A DNA stretch of 64,000 nt, from NCBI RefSeq assembly GCF_964213995.1, contig NC_135823.1:48918001-48982000 (forward strand). Direction: 5' to 3'. The notes beneath the pieces are model-generated. The model was not told the DNA's origin. It did not search any database and saw only the letters and a list, made by a program, of their open reading frames with translations. Each line of letters starts with the position of its first letter. The stretch's first letter is position 1. A program made the translations under genes and the position numbers. Shown piece after piece: positions 12,319 through 26,696 of the stretch. Origin of the DNA: Mustelus asterias. Lineage: Eukaryota.

Positions 12319-13021
12319 TGTGGAGATGCCGGCGTTGGACTGGGGTAAGCACAGTAAGAAGTCTCAGGTTAAAGTCCAACAGGTTTATTTGGTAGCAAAT
12401 ACCATAAGCTTTTGGAGCACTGCTCCTTCGTCAGATGGAGTGGATATCTGCTCTCAAACAGTGCACAGACACAGAAATCAAGTTACAGAATACTAATTAG
12501 AATGCGAATCTCTAAAGCCAGCCAGGTCTTAAAGGTACAGACAATGTGGGTGGAGGGAGCATTCAACACAGGTTAAAGAGATGTGTATTGTCTCCAGACA
12601 GAACAGCTAGTGAGATTCTACAAGCCCAGGAGGCAAGCTGTGGGGGTTACTGATAATGTGACATAAATCCAACATTCCGGTTTAGACCATCCTCATGTGT
12701 GCGGAACTTGGCTATCAGTTTCTGCTCAGCGACTCTGCGCTGTCATGTGGATCTCACTAGCTGTTCTGTCTGGAGACAATACACATCTCTTTAACCTGTG
12801 TTGAAAGCTCCCTCCACCCACATTGTCTGTACATTTAAGACCTGGCTGGCTTTAGAGATTCGCATTCTAATTAGTATTCTGTAACTTGATTTCTGTGTCT
12901 GTGCACTGTTTGAGAGCAGATATCCACTCCATCTGACGAAGGAGCAGTGCTCCGAAAGCTTATGGTATTTGCTACCAAATAAACCTGTTGGACTTTAACC
13001 TGGTGTTGTGAGACTTCTTAC
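12319..13021. mobile_element. Penelope-like retroelement remnant with inverted pseudo-LTR arms
   Basis: ~260-bp inverted arms (~12356-12616 / ~12752-13022). The spacer encodes a GIY-YIG C-terminal remnant on the minus strand (QRRVAEQKLIAKFRTHEDGLNRNVG). TSD TATATAGACATTA at 12306-12318 and 13022-13034. Confidence 0.85.
12929..12965 (+). ncRNA. Minimal hammerhead ribozyme motif in a Penelope pLTR
   Basis: ccat-CTGACGA-a-ggagc-agt-gctcc-GAAA-gct-t-atgg: catalytic core, stem II, stem I and palindromic AGCT helix III. Confidence 0.72.
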
Positions 13022-14120
13022 TATATAGACATTAGCCAGTGGTCACGCTTTCCCAATCTGTGAGTGCATTCAAAATATAGATTTTTGGACAGTGACTATT
13101 TTATTTTGTTTGAACCAATAAGTGACATTTTCCGTAACGAAGTTATGGGTTTGTGACAAGTGATAACTAACGATAATGAATAGGAAGGGCACCATTAAAA
13201 GCGATTGGCAAACTAAAGAGATTTAAAGATGCATTACCTGCTATTTTTACGCAACTGAGTTGTTACGATCTGGAATGCACTGCCTGAACGAATAGTGGAA
13301 ATAGATTCAATATTAACTTTCCAAAGAAAGTGGAGTTATATCCTTACTTAAAAAGGAAAGATTTGCAGGGCAATGAGAGAGCAGGGAAGTGGAACTAAAT
13401 GGATAGACTGAATGGCCTTTGTGTTGTATGATTCTGAGTGCTTGTGAAATAAGCCTCAAAGTTAATTAAAGATAGCTGCAAAAGGCAATACTTTAAACAC
13501 CCATTGATTTTAGATATTCTCTCACCGTTCTGGTAGTGCAGGTTCTGTTAACAACGCAAATGACTAACTGATACCAAGTTTTCTGAAGGTTCCTGCACTT
13601 CAGCTGACCAGTTCAATCACTGGCAAATCGTTCATCCTAAGCAATGATTTAAATGAAGTATGAATAACATTGGGTTCATGCCAGCACAGCAGGGCATGAA
13701 CCCAATTGAACCAATTGTTCTTTCCAGTCTGGTTTCCTATCTGATCATAAACTCTAAGTAATTTCTCTTGGAGCTGACTGCCATTGATATGCAGTGAATT
13801 AAAACTCATGTGGAATAGATCATTTGGCCCTTTGAGTCTGTTCAATAAGACGTCAACTCACCATCCCCACACCCCTTGATTCTCTTAGTACCCCAAAAAT
13901 TATTAACCTTTCTTGAATATACTCTATGACTGGGATCCACAGCTCTGAGATAGAGAATTCCTTAAATTCACAAACCTTTGTAAAGACATATCTTTCATCC
14001 CAGCCCAAATCACCTATCACTTATTTTGAGACTGTGACCTTAGTTCCAGAATCCGTAGCCCATCAAACCCCCAAATAATTTTATACATTTCATCAAGTCA
14101 CCTATCATTCATCTCAATTA

Positions 14121-14300
<180 letters not shown>

Positions 14301-14469
14301 TTATATGCAATAACAGAAAAAAACAATTAATTGTAACACAAAAGTATAGTGAGTTATTGGTCAGTCCCTGTTAAGCTAAAATAAATTCCTCCCAAGCAGA
14401 AAATGTAGAAGGGTCCTACAAGTAGGTGCAAATGCTCAACTCCTTCCTACACTCACACTAGAGATTGAT

Positions 14470-14835
14470 GGGTGTCAGCCTTGGGACAGTGGTAGTTGCT
14501 GAATCAGAAGGTAGTGGGTTCAAGTCCCATTCCAGAGCACAAAATGGTGCTGATATTCTGATGCAGAAATGCTGTCTTTCAGATTAGCCTCTAAAACAAG
14601 TACCAAGTTGTCCTTTGAGGTGAAAATTACAAGATGCTATGTCACTCTTTTGAAGAGGAGCAAGAGTGTTCTCTCCAGCGTTTTCGCCAATACCCTCCAC
14701 CAACATCCTCACATTGCTATTTATGGAACCTTGATGTGCGCACACCAGCTGCCGTATTTCCCCATATTGCAAGGAACACCATAGGTTAAACAACATTTGA
14801 TTAGCTGTGAAACTTGTTTGAATCTCCCGAGGACC
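14470..14835 (+). mobile_element. Old Deu-domain SINE (SacSINE1-like), internally deleted
   Basis: Head GAATCAGAAGGT..GGGTTCAAGTCCCA and core GCTGTCTTTCAGAT...TTTGAAGAGGAGCA, shared with other copies in the window. Confidence 0.6.
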
Positions 14836-16005
14836 TGAAAGACTCATTTTCCTTTCATATCGGTGACTGTCACCACTAAAGGGATGTGAAATGACCAAAT
14901 CAAGGAGCCATATCTCACTGTGACCCAATAATTTTAGAGATTAAATATTTGAATCGTCTGTTTTAGAAGACCTTATTTGTGTTGTTGGGAATTGCCTGGT
15001 AGGCTGTTAACTAAGGTAGATATCACTCTGATTCCTTGCTTGGATTAACTGGGTTCTGTTAATTTCAACTCGTGGCTACTGAACAAGGAAAGCATTTGCG
15101 GTATAGGGAAGTGAGGCCTGGGTACGAAGAGGTCACTTTGTCGATTAATTTATTGTATGTGAACAAAGATTCGTACTTTTGAATTGTGTTGTTAATCGAG
15201 AAGGCCCAAAGGAAGAGGGATCCTAGGAAATGTACAGAAAGGTATGCAAGGAAGCTTGAAGAAACACTAGAGTTAAATGAAACCAAAACATCGTGAAACA
15301 AAGGGAACACAACAGAAGCAGAGACTGAAACCGAAAGAAGAGATCTTGACAGAAAACAAAATATACATTGGAACAATGAAACTAAGACAAGAATGAAATA
15401 AACAGAGACTGAAAAAGAAACACAGGTTGAACTAAAGGAAGGAGAGGGTGAAACAAACAAGTGAGACAAACTCAAATAGACCAGTCCTGATGGATGAGGG
15501 ATGTCAGGGATCTAAGTGACAATTACCATCTGTGAAGTCATTTCTGCCTGTGTTTAGTCAATTTACGAAACCTCATTAGAGAAAAAAAGAAACTTGCATT
15601 AATATCGGCCTTTCATGGACTTGGGACCTCCCAAAGTCCTTCGAGCAATGAGTGTGGCATTGAAGGTTTGGTGATGAATAAGCAGCTCTTGAACCTGCTG
15701 TTTCAATTTTGGAGAATATTTCCATTTGAAGAAGATAGGAAGAGAGGGGTCGTGTCACTGAGAGAATTCCAGAAGATAGATTTTCCGGTTTCTCGCCCAG
15801 GATGAATTCCCCATTCTGTTGGAGTGAAATAGAAAATTGGAGGCAGCTTGCCCATTGAAATCACAGGCAGAGGGCCGTAATACTCAAATGGACGAGGATT
15901 TCGAATTTACAAGGAAGCTGGAGTTCCTTTATTTGGAAGCTATGAAAAGTAGCCAATGATGGAATGAATGGGACTCTATGACAATAACTATAGTTTTCAA
16001 GACTT

Positions 16006-19000
16006 ATAGAACATAGAACATAGAAAAGCTACAGCACAAACAGGCCCTTCGGGCCCACAAGTTGCGCCGAACATGTCCCTACCTACTAGGCTTACCTATA
16101 ACCCTCTATCTTACTAACTTCCATGAACTTATCCAAAAGTCTCTTAAAAGACCCTATCGAATCCGCCTCCACCACCACTACCGGCAGCCGATTCCACGCA
16201 CCCACCACCCTCTGAGTGAAAAACTTACCCCTAACATCCCCTCTGTACCTACTCCCCAGCACCCTAAACCTGTGACCTCTTGTGGCAACCATTTCAGCCC
16301 TGGGTAATAGCCTCTGAGAATCCACTCTATCAATACCTCTCAACGTCTTATACACCTCTATCAGGTCACCTCTCATCCTTCGCCTCTCCAAGGAGAAAAG
16401 ACCTAGCTCTATCAACCTATCCTCATAAGGCATGCCACCTAATCCAGGCAACATCCTTGTAAATCTCCTCTGCATCCTTTCTATGGCTTCCACATCCTTT
16501 CTGTAATGAGGCGACCAGAACTGGGCACAGTACTCCAGGTGGGGTCTGACCAGGGTCCTATACAGCTGCCATTATCTCCCGATTTCTAAACTTAATTCCT
16601 CTATTGATGAAGGCCAGCATTCCATACGCCTTCTTAACCACAGCCTCTACCTGCGACGCTGCTTTGAGCGTCCTATGAACCCGGACTCCAAGATCCTTCT
16701 GATCTTCCACACTGCCAAGCGTCTTACCCTTAATATTATATTCTTTCATCCTATTTGACCTGCCAAAATGAACCACCACACACTTATCTGGGTTGAAGTC
16801 CATCTGCCACTTCTCCGCCCAGTCTTGCATCTTATCTATGTCTCGTTGCAACTGCTGACATCCCTCTACACTATCCACAACACCACCAACCTTTGTGTCA
16901 TCAGCAAACTTGCCAACCCATCTTTCCACTTCCTCATCCAGGTCATTTATAAAAATCACAAAGAGCAAGGGTCCCAGAACAGATCCCTGGGGCACTCCAC
17001 TGGTGACCGACCTCCATGCTGAAAAAGACCCATCTACAACCACCCTTTGCCTTCTGTGGGCAAGCCAGTTCTGAATCCACAAAGCAATGTCCCCTTGTAT
17101 CCCATGCCCCTTCACTTTCTCAATAAGCCTTGCATGGGGCACCTTATCAAACGCCTTGCTGAAATCCATATAAACTACATCTACCGCTCTTCCCTCGTCT
17201 ATGTGTTTAGTTACATCTTCAAAAAATTCAAGTAGGCTCGTAAGGCATGATCTGCCTTGGACAAAGCCATGCTGGCTATTTCTGATCATACTATTCCTCT
17301 CCAGATGTTCATAAATCCTGCCTCTCAGGATCTTCTCCATCAACTTACCAACCACTGAGGTTAGACTCACTGGTCTATAATTTCCCGGGCTATCTCTTCT
17401 CCCTTTCTTGAATAACGGAACCACATCCGCAATCCTCCGGAACCTCTCCCGTCTCCATTGATGACGCAAAGATCATCGCCATAGGCTCAGCAACCTCTTC
17501 CCTCGCCTCCCACAGTAACCTGGGGTACATCCCATCCGGTCCTGGCGATTTATCTAACTTGATGCTTTTCAAAAGCTCCAACACATCCTCTTTCCTAATG
17601 TCCACATGCTCAATCTTCTCAGTCCACTGCAAGTCTGCACTGCAACTACCAAGATCCCTTTCCACTGTGAATACTGAAGTAAAGTATTCATTGAGTACCT
17701 CTGCTATTTCTACCAGTTCTATACAGACTTTCCCACCGTCGCATTTGATAGGTCCTACTCCTTCACATCTTATCTTCTTGCTCTTAGCATACTTGTAGAA
17801 TGCCTTGGGGTTTTCCTTTAGAACATAGAACATTACAGCGCAGAACAGGCCCTTCGGCCCACGATGTTGCACCGACCAGTTAAAAAAAAAAAAAACTGTG
17901 ACCCTCCAACCTAAACCAATTTCTTTTCGTCCATGAACCTATCTACGGATCTCTTAAACGCCCCCAAACTAGGCGCATTTACTACTGATGCTGGCAGGGC
18001 ATTCCAATCCCTCACCACCCTCTGGGTAAAGAACCTACCCCTGACATCGGTTCTATAACTACCCCCCCTCAATTTAAAGCCATGCCCCCTCGTGCTGGAT
18101 TTCTCCATCAGAGGAAAAAGGCTATCACTATCCACCCTATCTAAACCTCTAATCATCTTATATGTTTCAATAAGATCCCCTCTTAGCCGCCGCCTTTCCA
18201 GCGAAAACAATCCCAAATCCCTCAGCCTCTCCTCATAGGATCTCCCCTCCATACCAGGCAACATCCTGGTAAACCTCCTCTGCACCCTCTCCAAAGCCTC
18301 CACATCCTTCCTGTAATGTGGGGACCAGAACTGCACACAGTACTCCAAGTGCGGCCGCACCAGAGTTGTGTACAGTTGCAACATAACGCTACGACTCCTA
18401 AATTCAATCCCCCTACCAATAAACGCCAAGACACCATATGCCTTCTTAACAACCTTATCTACTTGATTCCCAACTTTCAGGGATCTATGCACACATACAC
18501 CTAGATCCCTCTGCTCCTCCACACTATTCAAAGTCCTCCCGTTAGCCCTATACTCAACACATCTGTTATTCCTACCAAAGTGAATTACCTCACACTTCTC
18601 CGCATTAAACTCCATCCGCCACCTCTCGGCCCAACTTTGCAACCTGTCTAAGTCTTCCTGCAAACTACGACACCCTTCCTCACTGTCTACCACACCACCG
18701 ACTTTGGTGTCATCAGCAAATTTGCTAATCCACCCAACTATACCCTCATCCAGATCATTAATAAATATTACAAACAGCAGTGGCCCCAAAACAGATCCCT
18801 GAGGTACACCACTTGTAACCGCACTCCATGATGAATATTTACTATCAACCACCACCCTCTGTTTCCTATCCGCTAGCCAATTCCTGATCCAATTTCCTAG
18901 ATCACCCCCAATCCCATACATCTGCATTTTCTGCAGAAGCCTACCATGGTGAACCTTATCAAACGCCTTACTAAAATCCATATATACCACGTCCACTGCC

Positions 19001-19668
19001 TTGCCCCCATCCACCTCCTTGGTCACTTTCTCAAAAAACTCAATAAGGTTAGTAAGGCACGACCTACCTGCCACAAAACCATGCTGACTATCACCTATCA
19101 ATTCATTACTCTCCAAATAACTATAAATCCTATCCCTTATAATTTTTTCCAACATCTTGCCGACAACAGAAGTGAGACTCACCGGTCTATAATTCCCGGG
19201 GAAGTCTCTGTTCCCCTTCTTAAACAATGGGACAACATTCGCTAACCTCCAATCTTCTGGTACTATACCAGAGGCCAACGACGACCTGAAGATCAGAGCC
19301 AGAGGCTCTGCAATCACTTCTCTTGCCTCCCAGAGAATCCTTGGATAAATCCCATCCGGACCAGGGGATTTATCTATTTTCAGACCCTCCAGAATATCCT
19401 GCACATCCTCCTTATCAACTGTAATACTGTCTATTCTACTCCCTTGCAACCCAGTGTCCTCCTCAGCTATATTCATGTCCCCTTGCGTGAACACCGAAGA
19501 GAAATATTGGTTCAATGCTTCACCAATCTCCTCCGGTTCCACACATAACTTCCCTCTGCCATCTATAACTGGCCCTAAACTTGCCCTAACCAACCTTTAT
19601 CCTGTCTGCCAAGGCCTTCTCATGACCCCTTCTTGCTCTTCTAATTTCCCTCTTAAGTTCCTTCCTAC
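16006..19668 (-). mobile_element. CR1 LINE A (5'-truncated, frameshifted), interrupted by CR1 B
   Basis: RT ORF pieces at 16092-16493, 16558-17469 and 17390-17820; tail (TAGAACA)n at ~16006-16025; the last ~75 bp resume at 19594-19668 (RKELKREIRRARRGHEKALADRIK). Confidence 0.93.
17821..19593 (-). mobile_element. CR1 LINE B nested in CR1 A; uninterrupted 560-aa RT fragment
   Basis: ORF 17911-19593 has all RT motifs; the element has its own 3' tail at ~17821-17870 and is flanked by CCTTTA at 17815-17820 and 19594-19599. Confidence 0.95.
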
Positions 19669-20039
19669 TAGTCGAATGAAGGGAATTGAATAAAATGATT
19701 GAGTTTTTTTTATTGCCGTGACGAGTTTAATTATCGGGAACATGTGTTTAAAAGTATGTGATGAAATTTTGGGACTACTTCCACTGGGGCAATTTATTGA
19801 AGCCGAATTAGGTTCAAGAATTGAAGTAGATGTGTAGGGAGAGAGGTTTGAGAGCGTATTTTTAAACTCGTCCACAGAGCATCTTGAATGAGCGGAGAAT
19901 CCGCCTGGTTTGGTCTCGCAAAGAATGAGTAAGGTGTGGCCCAGAATTGTCCAAGTAGAAAGTGGAGGCGGACAACGTGAAGAAATTCACCAGGGAGCTG
20001 GACGGATTTTTCTTTGAATATCGAGACTGGTTTGAGTAA

Positions 20040-20187
20040 TAGGTTAGGTTAGGTTGATTGGCCATGCTAAATTAACCCTCGTGTCAGGGGATTAGCAGGG
20101 TAAATATGAGAGGTTATAGGAATAGGGCCTGGGTGGGATTGTGGTCGATGGGCCGAATAGGCCTCCTTCTGCACTGTAGGGATTCTA
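20040..20187 (+). mobile_element. HE1-type SINE, 3' half
   Basis: Aligns to 4787-4938. Confidence 0.8.
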
Positions 20188-21581
20188 AGATATGGTTCTA
20201 ATAGGGTGTCAAATGCATGTCTCAATCGTCACGCACACCTCTCCAGTGAATAGAGTGTTGCGCAGTTTTTATATGTGGGGGCACATTTCGGATTTGTGCT
20301 TTTAGCAGGAGCCTTTGCGCTGCTGTGTAAACTGGGTACAAACGAACATCAAGGGGACTCAACCCGGACCTGTAAGGTTTTATTTCGAGACTTTTTTGGG
20401 AATTTCCTGCATTATCTATGTTTAGATAACATCAGAGTTCATATATATAGCATGTTAATATTTTCAAACACGGAAGCTTACCAGCTGACCAGCAATTGTT
20501 CCAGAGTCATCGGAACAACCTAAAGAGCAACATGCTCCAATATTTTATATTTTAAAAGTAAACCCCATGGGAATTTTCCTAGGTCTGCGCCCGCTTTCAC
20601 TGAATAAAAGAGGTGGGAAATTGGGCGGGTTCACAGTTATGCCCTCCGATCCACTCTTTTTTTGGTTCATTGCTGCGGTCAAACAATCCAACATGCTTGG
20701 GTGCAGAGCTAGGAAAATCTCCCAGAACATTTTAATACAGATACTAGAGTACACATCCTCCTGAGGACCCTTGTCTCACCTATTGTCAAACATGTCGGCT
20801 AGTTTCTTGCTCATGTCCGATTTCAGCAGTCAGATGCATGCAATTTGTTCCATCCACAGGGACAGGAACTGATCTAGAGAGTGACAGTGCACTTACACAC
20901 AAACTTCAAGGGTTGAGCAAAAAGGTAACATGCACAGTCCTGCAGCCTGTCATCTGCTGATCAGTGAGCACTCGTAAACACCAGCATCAAATCCATATCA
21001 CTCCTTCAGAATATGGATTTAACAAAGCTGTCTCCATCGTTTGGTCCCTCAGGTAAATGAAGAGGGTGGAGCATTTATTCATAGAATTACAGCCTCTTCC
21101 TCACATTCTTGATATTTTGCTATAGCTGTGAGTAATAATGTAATTTGTTCCACTTATTGTAACCTAGTGTCAGTGTCAAACTCCTCGGCAGGTACAGCTC
21201 CGGTTAGACATATAGCTTCTTCTACACTGCCCCATCAAACGCTTCCAGGATAGATCGGCTTCTGCACTTTCTGACAACGTTCCATATCCTGAAACTCACT
21301 GGACTGGTGTGCCAATTACGTTTCCCATTATAGCCACCTTTTTGAATCTCCAGCGAGCTTCCTAGCCTATCCAGATAGGGGGTCAATTGCTGAGTATTCG
21401 ACATCTACCTTTGATGGGAGAGGGGGCAGCACAGCATATACCAGTTACCTTTTCGTGCTAGTTCTGGTTAGTTCTACAATTCTGATTTGCAGTTTCCACC
21501 CTCCACTTAACCCACCAACTTGATTGAAGCTCGTGGCGAAGTTGCTGTTGATTGGGTTTTGCTATAATGTTAATGATTGTC

Positions 21582-21736
21582 CTTTAGGGAAGGAAAGCTG
21601 CCATCCTTACCTGGTCTGGCCTATATGTAACTCCAGAGCCACAATGTGGTTGACTCTCAAATGCCCTCCAAGGGAAACTAAGATTGGGCAATAAATGCTG
21701 GCCAGCCAGCGATGTCCATGTCCCACAAATAAAAAA
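21582..21736 (+). mobile_element. Short retroposon sharing its 3' tail (GGGCAATAAATGCTGGCC...CCCA) with the LINE ends at 55210-55460 and 58470-58910
   Basis: The tail motif recurs in the window; the family is not determined. Confidence 0.5.
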
Positions 21737-24700
21737 CATTGATGTTATGTTACTGGGATCAGGGAGCTGGTCAATATATTCCATACATATAGCATCAAGA
21801 TTGGGTTGGATAAAAGCAAGTCCCCCTTGATTGATAGTCAAACTTTGTTCCATCGCTGTTTGTATGTGTTCACTGGACTTGCTCAATATTCTGAGATTTC
21901 AAACCAATGTTATTCAAATTTTGGCCGGAACATCAAAGCCCCTGCGTACTTTCAGATTGATAGGAACCCTGAACTTGAACGTAAGTGGAACTGACAGACG
22001 TACAAACACCGAGTAGACTGGAAATGTGATAGATGGAGCCTGAATTAAGCAGAAGCCGTTGGCCGCCGGATGATTAATTTCTGGTCACTTTCCAATGGTG
22101 TTTCTCCAACCAAGTTGCACACTCGCTCAGTTGTGTTACTGCCTTTTGCCTGGTAATAGTTAGAAGGTTGGGCTTGAGCATGCAAGAGGCAGATAATGTT
22201 ACCAACCTTGGAATGAGTTCATGGAACGTCCTGGGTAGGCTGTTAGATGGGAGGGGAAGAAAAAGGCAGAGTGAGTGGAGTCAAGCAAAGGGAAAGAAAT
22301 GAATTCAGTGAAGAAAGAGAGAGAAGAAGAAAGAGGCAGAAATGGTGACAACAAAACATTAAACAAATACATGGAAGTTGGAAACTCCGACATTTAAACA
22401 TGCTATTCCTTTCTGCATGCAAGAGTTATGTGTTTATCATAAATTTTAAAATCTGAGTAGTTTTTGCTCAAAGGATCTACTTGGATCCAGAACAGTTGAA
22501 AAATTCAAGTGAAACATTAGCCTTGATTTAAACTGGGGACCAGGAGTTGTGCGGGTAGCTTAGTGGAGGAATGGAAGGGGGCAGTGTTTTCGTGGCTGAG
22601 TCAGGTGGATGGGAACCAAGGTGGGTGCCAAACTGTCCACATCTTGGGATTGTGCGGCTTAGGAAATTTTAACTTCCAGGTCTTGTCTACAGAGCCTCAA
22701 CGAATGCTCCCCACCAACATCCTACCCACCCCGGAAATTGGCTGGGAGGCGGGTGTGCAGTTGCAATAAAGCAATGGCTACTACTGGAGACCAAAGCAGG
22801 GGCAGACAGGTGATATGCAAGGGGAAGTTTCAAGAGGACCTTGCGATTTGAAGAGTTGGTGGGGAGGTGCCTGGGGAGGGGTAGAGGGAACGCCTGGGTA
22901 AGGGAGCCCTGAGTTCATGTAGCTTAGCAGAAGAGTCCTGCTCCTCATGGATCCCCAATGGATTTTTAAAAAACTTAAGACTTGGCCTTTCAATCACAAC
23001 ACAACTTCTCACTTATTCCTCGTGTAAAACCACAACTGCTTTCCCCACACAGGCCTTTGATTAAGACAGCATTCCATATCCCAATTATGTCTCTCAAACC
23101 TAAACTGCATCTTTAAAGAGGGACCCTGCAGGTTTCCAGAGGTTGTCCCCTCGCTTGCTCAGAAGACCAGGAATTAGTGTCTGACATCAGTAAGTGAGTC
23201 GCGTGTGGCAATTCCAACTGCCTGGCCTGTTTCTGTCGATCAGGTACGGTTAAAATTGGCCAGGTCGAATCTGAGATGACCATGGACAGGAGTCTAGACT
23301 TAAAACATCAATAATATAACCTGCGAGTCCCTAATTTCTTCTATGTGCCTGAGACCATAAACATAGGGCAATACAGGAGGAAAATGTCCATTAAAGTCCA
23401 CTGACACAGTACATATGCACTGAAGGGGAAAATGTTAAAATTATATTCCCAGGCATCTCTGGCCTTCTACAAGAGCATGTTGCTTGTAACTGGGCTGTTT
23501 AACCTCATAAGGTCCAGTTTCTCACGTGTCATTTTCTACCCTGCCCCAAATGGCCAACCACCATTGATCCCAGCCAACCTGGCACAGTCAGGATGCAAGT
23601 CGAGTTAGAGTTTGTTTCACAGACCATGTGCATGGTCCACAGTATTGGTCCTTAGATGTTATATAGTATTTAACTGTGGAAAGCATCACATTGTCAAGAC
23701 CCATACAGTTCTCTCCACACTTGGATTTTCTAGAAACAGTCACAGAAGGAACATTAGCTGATATTTCCCTGCCTTCCTATCCCACCCAAATCCCTGAAGA
23801 TGTACCTAGACCTTGCGGAAATATTTCAAAGTGCTCAAATTCGTCAGTTCGGTATTTAAAATTTTGTATTCCAACACACTTCATGTTCTCGCAGAGTCTC
23901 TTGTGTTTAAACCTATAAAGTAATGTCCAGTGATTCCCTCAAAATGTTGTGACAGGTTCTAGCCATCCAAGCACAAATCTCACAGTTGCTCAAGCAGCTC
24001 CAGCTGTTATTCTGTTTAATCTCAGGTTCTCCTGATTTTAAGGATGCTTAAAACTTTATTTTCAGGTATTTCCCCCATTGAAGGAGACACCCACCCATAT
24101 CTATCGGGTTGTCAAATGGCTGAATGATTGTTCAGGATCATTATGCCATAAAGACAGCACCCATGATTGTATCAATAATAAAAATAAATGATGTTCGAAC
24201 ACAGAAAGATCGAAAACAATGTTATTTCCTTTTTTGACAATCATTTCTATAATCAAAGCCCTAGCACCTTACTCTAGATTTTACAATCCCTATTGAACAT
24301 CAACAACATTGTATAACTAACTTGTTTATTTTGCCGCTTTTTTGTGCCCTCTCGTGAGATTTTCATCCAATGTCCACACACGTGCATTTTTCAAAATGAG
24401 CCATTGTAAAATAGAATAGCACCGGATTACGAGCTAATTCCCACGTTCCTTCCCTAGCCTAATTAGTTCTCATGCTGTCACCTTGAGTGACATTGACTAA
24501 GTCAGCAGGAGCCGAGTTCCTAGTCCATGCCACCTCATCCAGTGCATTCACTCTCAAGTCATTACCCACGTCATTTCTAATCCTTAATTTTGAAAATCAT
24601 TCAGGTCTGTAGCTGAGCGGTTAGTTCAACAATTTCAGTTCTGGAAACTATGACAAAGGAGCTGGTCACAGGATCAACAGTAACGATGAACTAGAGAGTT

Positions 24701-26456
24701 TAGGGATGTGTGCGTCAGGGGTTGAGGCAAACATCTGTGTGCTTCAACACTACATCCCTAAATCATTTCTGGAGTGCTTCTTTATAATCAAATAACTCTG
24801 ATTATAGAAACAGAAGTCATTTGACTGCAAACATTGAGTCAGATTGTTCTTGGATTTGCTCCCATATCTAAACTGAAAATAAACAGGTTTCACTGATACT
24901 TTCATCTGTGAAAACCAGAGCACACTGTTATGGTTGGAACTGGTGTTTCACAGAATAAAACGTAATACACTTTTCTGGCGCAAACTCAATTCAACTTCAA
25001 TGGCAAGTAACACATATTTAAAAAGATTTACAAAAGTAACAGCTGGAAATCCAAAATAAAAGAAGAGTGCAGCAGGAGAAAGAATAAAGGACAAATTAAT
25101 GAGTCCTGGAGTCCCTTCATCAGGTCTGGAAACTGGAAGACAAATAAACTGTTTTCTAAGATTGAGCAAAATTAAGGGGAAGGATATCAGTGCAGGATGT
25201 TGCCCTCCTGTCATGAGACAGATGTGGGCTCAGTTTGTAGCTCTCATGCCTCGGAGTCAGAAGGTTGTGGGCTCAAGTTCGTCTCCAGAGAGGAACACAT
25301 TATCTACTCTGACAATCCAGTGCAGTATTGAGAGAGTGCTGCATAGGAGTGGTATGAATTGACTTGTTCTCTACTTTAACAGTGAATGTTTGTCTAACAT
25401 TCTGACGTGCCACATTTTAGAATTTCTTCCATAATTTGTCAATGCTGCGGAATACAAATAAATTGGCAAATAAATTAAGATACATTATCTGAAATCCCTC
25501 AGCCACAAGAACCAGAGGTGTTTGAATACAGTTCAATCTCATTGGTGAGAAGTTGGTGAGAAGACATGCCACGGATTCTGGATTTATGCTGGTATCCATC
25601 CAAAGATTTTCCCCATTAATCTGTATTGTCTCTCCTTCACATTTCAGGGCTACATTACAGCTAGCATCAGCAACAAAAACTACTTGGGCAAAGAAATGCA
25701 ATGTTGAATAAAATGACCTCTTTGAGCTCAAATATATTTAAACAAAAGGGAGCACTAGGAAATTCAATCCCAAATAAGATAGTTTTTGGTTCATTAGTAG
25801 CTGGCAACATCTTCCTTCTAGTTGACTGCAACATCCTCTAAACACCTTGATCAGCCAGTGCCTTAAAATCAATCAATAATGCAAAAGCCAGGCTTTAGAG
25901 ATGGAGCAGACAGAAACTCTGTTGCTAATCTTGGCTAGATCTGATCTTCCTCAAGCATGAATTCCCTGTCGAGATGCTGATGGACTGGTCAAGTGATTAT
26001 ATCATAGAATCATAGACAGGGATGGATATTGAGAAATCATATACACAACATTCCACTCAACATGGCAGCAATCTCACTGTATATCACTTTAATGGACTTC
26101 AGCTTCATGGAATGTTCCGTAGTTAATAACTAACACAACAGTGTAGGATTTCACAGTATCGCCAATTTTCACAATTAACTCCTTTTCCTTTCAATGGCAT
26201 TAACTTCAGATGCTAAAATTCTTAGGATACAAGGAACAAGACCAATAGCAAATTATTCTAATAAAATGTTGATTATGCATTTGCTAAGTGGATGATAATG
26301 TTCCATTTTAGACACAGTTGTATAATTGAAACTCTGGTTCCCTCGCTCAGTAGATTTTACAATGTTTGCACCCATGTACAAGCCAATGGTATGAAATGAT
26401 TAAATCTTTTTTTTATTTTGTTACGTTTTTGGGTCTTGTCACTGTTAACTTCTTCA

Positions 26457-26696
<240 letters not shown>

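Noticed and set aside
15065-15475. Hydrophobic 136-aa minus-strand ORF as a membrane protein
   Set aside because: It is the antisense of a purine-rich stretch, which explains the F/S/L/V bias; no ATG start and no recognisable family.
25035-25140. Additional hammerhead in Penelope-like remnants (also ~12030-12126 and 56365-56410)
   Set aside because: Too degenerate; stems and the GAAA half-core cannot be confidently placed.
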